This document shows, piece by piece, positions 55,243 to 64,000 of a stretch of 64,000 nt of DNA (positions are counted from its first letter, which is position 1; the number at the start of each line of letters is the position of its first letter). The stretch is from Octopus sinensis. Its lineage: Eukaryota. The stretch spans positions 54,126,001-54,190,000 of the forward strand of contig NC_043001.1 of NCBI RefSeq assembly GCF_006345805.1, given 5' to 3'. The notes beneath the pieces were generated by a model. The model saw only the letters and a list, made by a program, of their open reading frames with translations. It did not search any database and was not told the DNA's origin. The position numbers and the translations under genes are program-made.

Positions 55243-58200
55243 GGTATTGTTATCGTTGAATGTTATCTTATTTGTAGTTGCATTGGCACTGCCAGTCTGA
55301 CGTGTTCTACATGTATTTCACGAAGAAGAGTCATCCCTTGCAAGGCGAATAAAAGGAACTCTAAATGTAGAGCGTTGAGGACAAGGTACACAATACTGAG
55401 TGTCTTAGTTTGAGAAATGAATGAAATGTCTTTCAACTATCCGAACAATATTTCATTATCCAAGATAGCAACTCTGAAATACCTTAATCTGCAAGCTGGT
55501 AAGAAGAACTGCTTATGAAGTAACACTGTATATTCCATTAGCATTTGAAGCAATGCTTAAATACACTATATGGAAAAGAAATTAGCACCAGTGGTGCTAA
55601 TGTGATCCGCTAACTATCCTATTCAGCAACAATTTACCAACTCTACAGCTAATTAGTGTAATCAAATTTTGTAGCTTTGAGATATATACTTACTTGAACT
55701 TGTTTCAATTATCAACAGGATTGTATACAATCTTCATTTGCTTTCAATTCCTATTAGTTTTAAACATTACTCAGCCAAGAAACAGCCAACTGCTTCATTC
55801 ATTGCGAGATATAGAGAACTAAAGGACGTAAAAAAATGTCTATATATTCTTAATGTTAAACACTAAAGAATTTCAAATAAAAATGCAATTAATTTTACCA
55901 AGAGGCAGTTTGTCTGAGGCTTTCAGATTCCATACTTGAAGACAAGGCCGAATTTCATCCTATAATAAACTCTAAATTTGTGTGACTATATTAATTACTT
56001 CCTAAAAATCAATTAATAGCCATGGCAATGTAATCTACTTAATAAAAGAAAATGCCTGACATTAGTAATTAAACAATTACGCTCGCAATTGCAAGCGGAC
56101 ATTTCTATGGAGTGAAGTTCTATTAGCCAAACCATTAGTTAAGATAAAAACATGGATGTTGAATTAAAAAGAGAATAAAAAACAATTGAGTTGTCTCTTG
56201 TTATGTTTTATTTTTTAGGTTATAAATTTTTGAAAATTACGTTAAAACAATATAAAGAATATTCTATTGAAAAGAAATGGTTTTCTCATAGTTATGGAAA
56301 TTTACATTAACTAAGTTTTGAAACTTTTATAGGGGTTATACTTACTAATCAGATGTGAACAACAGCATTTTAAAAATAATTTATCTACAAACTATACGCA
56401 AACGATACATCAGTGTTTTAGGACAAATGTATTTCACATTTCATGTATTACAAGCGGAAAGCTGGGCACAGCGGATTTCTAAGACCTATACTATAGAGGA
56501 TTTAAAGCAGATCAAATTACGAATTTAAGTGTAAATCATTGTTACAAGAGAACATCACCGTTACATAGCTTATAGCATTAAACTAGAATTGATAAACTAA
56601 TATTCAAGGCTTATATTATAACATACAATGCTATGGCGTACTATATACCAGCAGTTGTTGATACGTACGATTTATTCTCTACTGTGTTTTATCTCAAACT
56701 AATCCAAATTACATCTTTTTCTCACTGGGTCTATAAAATAGGTACTAAGAACATACAGAGATCGCCAATAAGCTCTTCTGCTTCAATTCGTCTTTTAATA
56801 GACGCATGAAAATTACCTTTCCAATTATATAGAGAGAATTTTTTAATGTTAAATCATTGTCCCGTTAAATGCTATCAGATAATTTTATTCTTTATCTGTA
56901 GTAACTAAATACATATTTAATATATTCTTATTTAATATATTCTTTACTTACAAATTTTACAGTTGTTTAATCTTAATATTCATCGCATAATATTTGATTT
57001 GCAGCACTCAGAAGAGAATACGTTTTGAGATTTATACTGTTATTGTCGCCTGGCTGTTTCAACGACATCTGTACCTTGCTCATATTTTCTCAGTCCAAAT
57101 AGGTTGTAATTAAGACTACATAAGCATTGTGTAATGAAATAATATGCCATTAACTTACAGTACTACATTATATACCTTTTTAGTTCTAATTATTACATTA
57201 GGCTCCAAAGAAATGAAATATAAAATATGTATTCAGTTAAGGTTCCCCTCGTAAAACCCAGTCAAACAACCTAAATAATAGGAAAACATCAGAAAATGTG
57301 GTGGGGTTTCTGATTAGCATACGTCATACTTGATTATTTTCTCTTTAGATAAACAACTCTAATCACATAGATTCCACATCAAAAAGTTACGTACCTGAAT
57401 CATTCGAGGTTAGGGGTTTCTTTTTAAATTCAATTTGTTAATGTACTTTTAGAACTAATTAGCGGAATAAAATTTCTTGCTGCAATGGTGATATATTTAG
57501 ATACTTAATGACCTAATGCAGTAAACAGCTGCCACATTCACTCTCCAACATCATTCTTTTGCTAGGAGGGTAAAATTTTAGAATTAATCACTTCTAACAG
57601 AGGACTACATTTTCACTCTAGTTTTGATATCTTTAAAACCTATCTAGTCGCAACATTTTAGTTTATGCTCTAAATCTGTCACTTTTCTCTTTGTTTTACC
57701 TTTATTTTCTGTTTTGCATAAAAGTTTTTGTGTTTTTTCTCATTTTTTTTCTGAATTTTACAAAATTACAGAGATCTGTTGAAATAGATTATTTTCTTGG
57801 TCACAGAACTTAATAATCTGTGACAATCTACGTCAAACAAGTAATTTCCCATAGAATTAGTGCTTTGATAATGCTACTTCAATTAACTGAGATTGATAAA
57901 TTTTCTGGAGTAACACGTCGTTTTATATTAAGATTCTACATGTACTTCAAACATTTTAAGTACCGTTTTGTTTCCTCGACCCACACCAATCTCCTTGGTA
58001 GCAAGAATAAAACTTTTAACTGAAAGACACCTTACCACATTGTCTCCGGCAAAACTACCGCTTTTATCTTGGTACACATAAAAATGACTCATCGTATTTC
58101 GCTATCCACCGAGTGAGTTGCGAACTACATCAAATAAACCAACACACAAAATCGATAACCAATCTCAATCTACTTAAGGCAATAAAAGAACAATCTATTT

Positions 58201-61169
58201 CCAATTTATTTTCCCAGTTCTGCCTCTTTTTAATTCCTCTTTTGTTGCGTTTTTGTGCTTATATTTATTAGCTATTTGTATTTAACAAAAGTTTATTCAT
58301 TTGTTTTCTATTTGAATATTCTTTTGTTTCAGTCACGTCTTGAAAATACAAGAAATTTTATTTTTAAATCTTAAAATAATTTTCAATTCAGAAGTTATGA
58401 GACATATCCTAGTAAGAAGAGACGTCTTTCCAAAGAATCGATATTAGTAAAATTGATTGTTAAATGCAAATAACCTAACAACATTTGTGGCTCAAAAAGC
58501 AAATAACTAATAAAAACTTTTCTAGCATGAGTGTGTATATATGATAAGGTGTTTAACATTCTTAGAGTTCACAATGGAAAATGTTGCTTTAAGATTACGT
58601 TATCTGCAGCTTCTATATTTCTTTGATATCTGGAACAGTGACTAAAAAATCAAAGAAGTGTAATTTACTTCAAATCCAGTGTTAAGGAGAGTATATTGTT
58701 GTTTATCGAGGATTTATTTTGGTAGTCGTCGGTTTTTACATACATCCAATAATATCAATCATTCCAATATGGTTAACAATTATTAGAGCAGTGTAGTTGG
58801 CGCACACAGTATACTTGTGGATTAAGATTTGATACCATATGTTCTTAATCTCAAATCCGACTGAATCGATTAAGTACCAGTAATTTATAAGGGAATAAGT
58901 CATAAACCGTAACTTCTTACAGGAAAATTTTAAAATAAATATTGAATAGAGTTATAGTTCAGACAATCTAATACAAAGTTTATTCTTGGCTCACAAAGTT
59001 ATAAACCCAAATAGCAAGGGTCTCAAATTATTTCTTTTTTTATCATAATTTTAACTATCAATTAATTCTGTTCACATAATCTTTTAATAATAAAACATTC
59101 ACCTTGTGCTTATTCATCAAATATCAATATTTCCAGCGAGAAAATTAGCAAAATATTTTATGGGAAAAATATATTAGTTTATTTAGTTTTATAAATTTGA
59201 AAAGGAAGACGAATGAGGTATTAAATCACTAAAATAACGGATTATAGCTTCAAATACATTGATGTATTTCGGCGTTAAGGCTCACCTAACAACGAGAAGT
59301 CGATACCAGACTTTTCCTGCTATGATCTATCCTTAGACAAATGTTTCCCTTTGCTAGTTAACAGTATCAAAATTGAAGTTAAGAACAGGCACTGAGGAAT
59401 CCTGCTATCGTTAATTGAGAAAGAGTTCCCGTTGAAAATTTGCAATCGTTACATGTTCTTTTTTACTTTTCCTTTCATTTTCCAATATAGTATAGAATGG
59501 AACTTCAAGGTAAAACTTGAAGTCCCAGTCAACTTGTTCTTTACAACAACTCTGCTCTAATTACAGAATAGAGTCACTTACCTTTATAAACACTTCGTTA
59601 TTATTCTGAAATAGGCCTTAAATTTTAAGGAGCTTATTTTAGCGTGCAGATGCAATGAAATATATGGATGCTCCAAAACAAAAGAAATTATGCCAGTCAA
59701 CAATGAAGTAGTATATAACATATTTGTGGATATAATTCTCATCAGTAATGTATATTGTATTATACTTTAGTATAGGAATATTTTCTGATGTAACAATTCT
59801 GAAAGTGATTGTTCGGAACTCATTCTTGCAAATTGATATATTTTAAATTTCATTTTATGAATGGTCTCCATCGGAGAATTTTAGTAGACATCAGCAATAT
59901 TTATAAAGAAAATTCTCTGTTATCTTCTAGAATCTGATTGTTCTTTTGTAATATAACTGGTTCTTTGCTGGCGTTTTATGCCCTGAAATAGTATGCTAAG
60001 AACGTCAGTAAATAAAGAGATTTATGTTTAGGCATGACTAGACGAATCTTGTTTTTAAATAGATTATTATGTTCTTTGATTCCTTGCTAACTCCTTTAGA
60101 CCATTAAATGCGGTGTACCCGATTTTACCTTTTAAGATATATTGATTTCAAAAAATTTCATATACTTAAGATTTGATTCTTGATCCATTATTGAAATGCA
60201 AATGTCGGGAAAGCAAATTTGAAAAATAGGAATTTATCTAGAATATTCGACATCAGCCAACAATGAAACTTTCTTCATTCCTTCCATATGAAGAGAAAGT
60301 TGGGTACTGAAGTTATAATGCACAATCGGGCATAAACTACTACTACAGATGTTTGAAGTAATTTCTTCCAATCTTTTGATCGCTCATTTCTCCTAAGAAA
60401 AATATAAAAGATAAAAGTGATTGAAACCTTGTGTAAAGTGAACTTAGAAACAAATGATAAGATTAATATTACGAAATCTGAACTGCTTTCAAACATCTAC
60501 AATTCGATATTTTGAAAAACTATAAAGCTTTTACCTACGATTTTTTTCTTTGTGGCTGCCTGATATTTAGACATAAACTTATTGCATATACTATCCTCCA
60601 TTATATGATTACCTTACGACATTTATAACAGAACAGTATATGCGGTGCATCGCTCATTTAACTCGAGCAATTACAAGATCTAATCAAAAGAAAATAATGA
60701 TGTACTGGATACAAAACTAAATGTCAATATTTAGAATCTCTTTTTCGCTAAAGCAAGAAAATGGTGGAAGTAAAATATCACAACATTTTATAGCAGACAA
60801 TGGACATTTGCTGTTATAAATGTGAGATGAACAAGTAAAACATGACTGTAATTGTAATAAACAGATTTTTTTCCTTTTGCATTCAGTTAATCTTGAAAAT
60901 TGCATATTTGGGTATGTTTTGGTAAAAGAATATAACACGGAATTAAAATGTTTCGAGGCCTTAGCAATCATAAAGTGTGGTGGTATAATTTCATTAACTT
61001 TGAAAGATTATGTATCAAATTTCAAGTTCGGCAATACTCTACCCCAGACGAGTGACTGAATTAAAGTTAATTTTACGATGGTCAGCTTTCTGCATAAAGC
61101 TCTTCTGACAAAATACCGTTTCAAGACTGAAGAATTACTACTGTGTAACGTAGAAAGCAATGCTACGGT

Positions 61170-62700
61170 AGATACTTGCCATTTTTGTACATTCTTATAC
61201 CTTATCACCGATTGTAAAACAATTTGGTATGTCCTTATTAGCACGTATATTTTTCTTCACTGGTAACAGTTTATCGAATATTGACTTCACTTTTCTGGCA
61301 AACATTAATTCTGCTGGTGAACTTCCTTCTAGCGCATATGGGTTCGGTGTTACCCTGCATACCCTTGGATAGCGACCTCGTCCATACTTTTCTTATTAGC
61401 TTTCTTTAAACCTCTCTTAAAAGTGTCCACGAACCGGCCCTTCCATTCGATCTAGGGTGATACGGTGCTATAGTTTTATGTTCTAAAGCAGAATCTTTTA
61501 AACTCACAGGATACAAACTGTGTTCCATTATCAGAGACAATTATATCCGGTACACCATATCCTGCGACCTACCCGTGTAGGAGGTTTATTACCGTATATG
61601 AGATTGGTCGTTTACGCCTCACGACCACATTTTATGTAGCTGCCCACTACTATTAGGTAATAATATCCATTTACCGAGCTTGCAAAATCGATATGCAATC
61701 AGGAACATGGTATTTTCCCTTCCAGCCAAGGTTCACTGTAGTAGGTAGTTTCGCTACCAGCTCACATCCTCTGCAACCTTTTACCAGGTTTTCAACTTCC
61801 TTGTCCATGCTTGGCCAGTATACGAAACTTCGCACCAGCGCTTTCATTCTATAAATGCCTAGATGTCCCACATGGAACTCTTTTAGCATTCTCATATGCA
61901 ATATCTGTGTTGTGAACCCTGAGTGTACATTAGTACACCATTACATATAGAGTACACGCTCACATCTTGGCGGTTCTTTGAATCAGACCTGTCTTTATTT
62001 CCTTTTGTCGACCACATTAATAAATTTGTCGTTTCTCGCATTTCTTTTTAGTTCTTCCAAAGTTACTGGTAGTTCCACATCACTTTTTTTTAACTTCATC
62101 ACCTCGTTCGATCGTTTGATAACTCCGTTTACGCTGTTGCGCATAACGCTGATGGGTGTATCCCATAGATTAAATTTCTTCATACATTCGGTGCCAAATA
62201 AATTCATGGATTTTTTTCACACATAAAATTCACTTTTTTGGTTCGACCATTGAACATTATATTACCAGCACGTTAGCTTGTGGAATATAATTTTCTTCCC
62301 GTAACACTGTACGCTATTTTGTTTGGACTACATAATTTTGGTTTACCCATTTATTCCCATGTTTTCTTCTTTATGATTGTGAGATCACTTCCCGTGTTTA
62401 ACTGCATTCAGACACTAGTGTTTTCAGTTCTCTCATTCAATTCTCTAACTCTGTTTGTTGTAGTCACAACTTTTCCTGCTGACAAACTATTTATTTTTCA
62501 TGCTTTTCCATTTTCTTATCATTCTTGTTTTGCAGTGATTTTATATGTCCTGTAAACCCCCAGGGAAAACACTTTGCTTTTTTATACGGACAATCTTTTT
62601 CAGGTGCATCCGACCGCATGCCATACATAGGTCTACATCCTCATATTTTTTCTGCTTTTCTTGCAACACTTTGTCTTCTGACTTTTTTGCACTGGTCCTA
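61170..62700 (-). mobile_element. Gypsy LTR retrotransposon remnant: gag zinc knuckles, protease tail, integrase; RT/RNase H deleted
   Basis: CMACGRMHLKKDC..KCFPWGFTGHIKSHC (62531-62630); NLFGTECMKKFNLWD; LKEFHVGHLGIYRMKALVRSFVYWPSMDKEVENLVKGCRGC; SSPAELMFARKVKSIFDKLLP. Confidence 0.85.
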
Positions 62701-62729
62701 TGTATGGAACAAAAGTAGCCAGAGACATA

Positions 62730-64000
62730 CAGCCTAAAGGAAACACCCAAAATCTCTCCGATCCGAACTTCCACAAAGCAGACTGGAAATCGATCCAAAG
62801 AAATCCTAAGACAGGGCTGGCCGAAATGTCTTTCCACCCCAGACATTGACATGAGACTAGAATATTTCATGTCTGTTATGCAAACCATATTCCAGCAAAC
62901 TCAACTGCTGGTCCTGATGGTTTCCCAGCACTCCTCCTCAAATCGTGTAAGTGTTCCTTGGCGAAGCCTCTAAAGATTTTCTTCCAGAGCTTTCTTGCAA
63001 ATGGCAATCTGCCAATCAAACTGAAGGAGGCAATAATATGCCCAATCCATAAAGAAGGCAGCAGAGCAGATGCCAAAAACTATACGCCTATCTCTCTGAC
63101 TTCACACATCAGCAAAGTCATGGAACAGATAGACAGAGGGAAACTAATTGCATTCCTTGAAGGATGATACCCAGCATGGCTTTCGACCAGGTAGGAGCTG
63201 CCTGACCCAGCTCTCACAGCACTATGATTGGGTATTGAGGCAGTTGCTTAACAGCTCAAATGTGGACGTAATATGCCTTGACTTTGCAAAAGCTTTTGAT
63301 AAAATGGATCATAGTATGATATGTCACAAACTGCTTGATCCAGGCATAGCTGGAAATCTTCGAGAGTGGTTACATGACTTTCTGAAAGATAGAAGTCAGG
63401 CAGTTGTGGCCAAAGGAGCCACCTCAAAGAAAACAAAAATAGAGCGGTGTTCCACGAGGCACTGTCTTGAGACCGCTGATTTTCATAGTAGCCCACTCAG
63501 ATACGCCTTCAGCTGCCCGGATAGCCACTTTTGCTAGCTATGCAGACGATACTAAAGTCTCTCAGAAAATACAGAACACCAGCGATGTTGCATACCCGCA
63601 GTAGGAGCTGGACTCAATTTGCAGATGGGCCGAGGAGATTAATATGCAGTTTTTAATGCTGAAAAATTTCAAGCCTTGCGCTACCAGCGTCGAAAACTGA
63701 ATATAAAATTTACAGGGTACACTGGTCCACAGGGGATTACATTCCCAGAGCTTAAATCAGTGAGGACATGGGTATCGACATGAGTGATGATACCTCTTTA
63801 CAAGTGCACATTACCAGGATGGCCACAAAGGGCAGACGAGTGGCTAGATGGATCCTTAGAACGTTCAGAACCAGAGAGAAGGAAACCATGATGGTTCACT
63901 GGAGGACATTCGTCCTCAGACACTTGGACTGCTGCTCCCAGCAATGGATACCCAAGAGTGTAAAATTAACAACGGACCTTGAAGCATCCAGCGAAGTTTC
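62730..64000 (+). mobile_element. CR1-clade LINE RT fragment (runs off the window)
   Basis: GPDGFP, AIICPIHKEGSRADAKNY.PISLTSHISKVME, QHGFRPGRSCLTQL, VDVICLDFAKAFDK, YADD at 63539-63550; frameshifted. Confidence 0.92.

Noticed and set aside
59581-59604. 24-nt minus-strand microexon candidate (AG..GTAAGT)
   Set aside because: Weak pyrimidine tract, no neighbouring exons; expected by chance.
60721-61266. Long plus frame with few stops
   Set aside because: Partly antisense to Gypsy integrase, no motif, unremarkable after multiple testing.

Overview
This is AT-rich, microsatellite- and transposon-dense animal DNA. I infer a coleoid cephalopod (Octopus-like) from the tRNA-derived SINE families, the (TA)n/(GATA)n load and the gene content; this was not confirmed by a search. 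One intact host gene is recognisable: an uninterrupted class A GPCR CDS (5859-7052, +) of the sex-peptide/myoinhibitory-peptide (MIP/allatostatin-B) receptor family, preceded by a splice acceptor and a short in-frame uORF. The other ~57 kb has no host exon I can recognise. It holds decayed mobile elements: Penelope-like (GIY-YIG), RTE, CR1, a CRE-clade retrotransposon, a Gypsy lacking RT, two Helitrons with both termini, a mariner with two left ends, foldback MITEs and at least three SINE families. No CRISPR, rRNA or true tRNA genes were seen. The most interesting signals are: (1) a SINE whose insertions consistently abut (G)GTATT, a motif it also carries internally, giving head-less tandem multimers; (2) hammerhead-like cores in Penelope-type termini; (3) a CRE-clade relic; (4) a twin-priming-type SINE inversion; (5) the receptor uORF that is one stop codon away from a glycosylatable N-terminal extension. 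All element calls rest on hand translation and motif recognition, not database searches.
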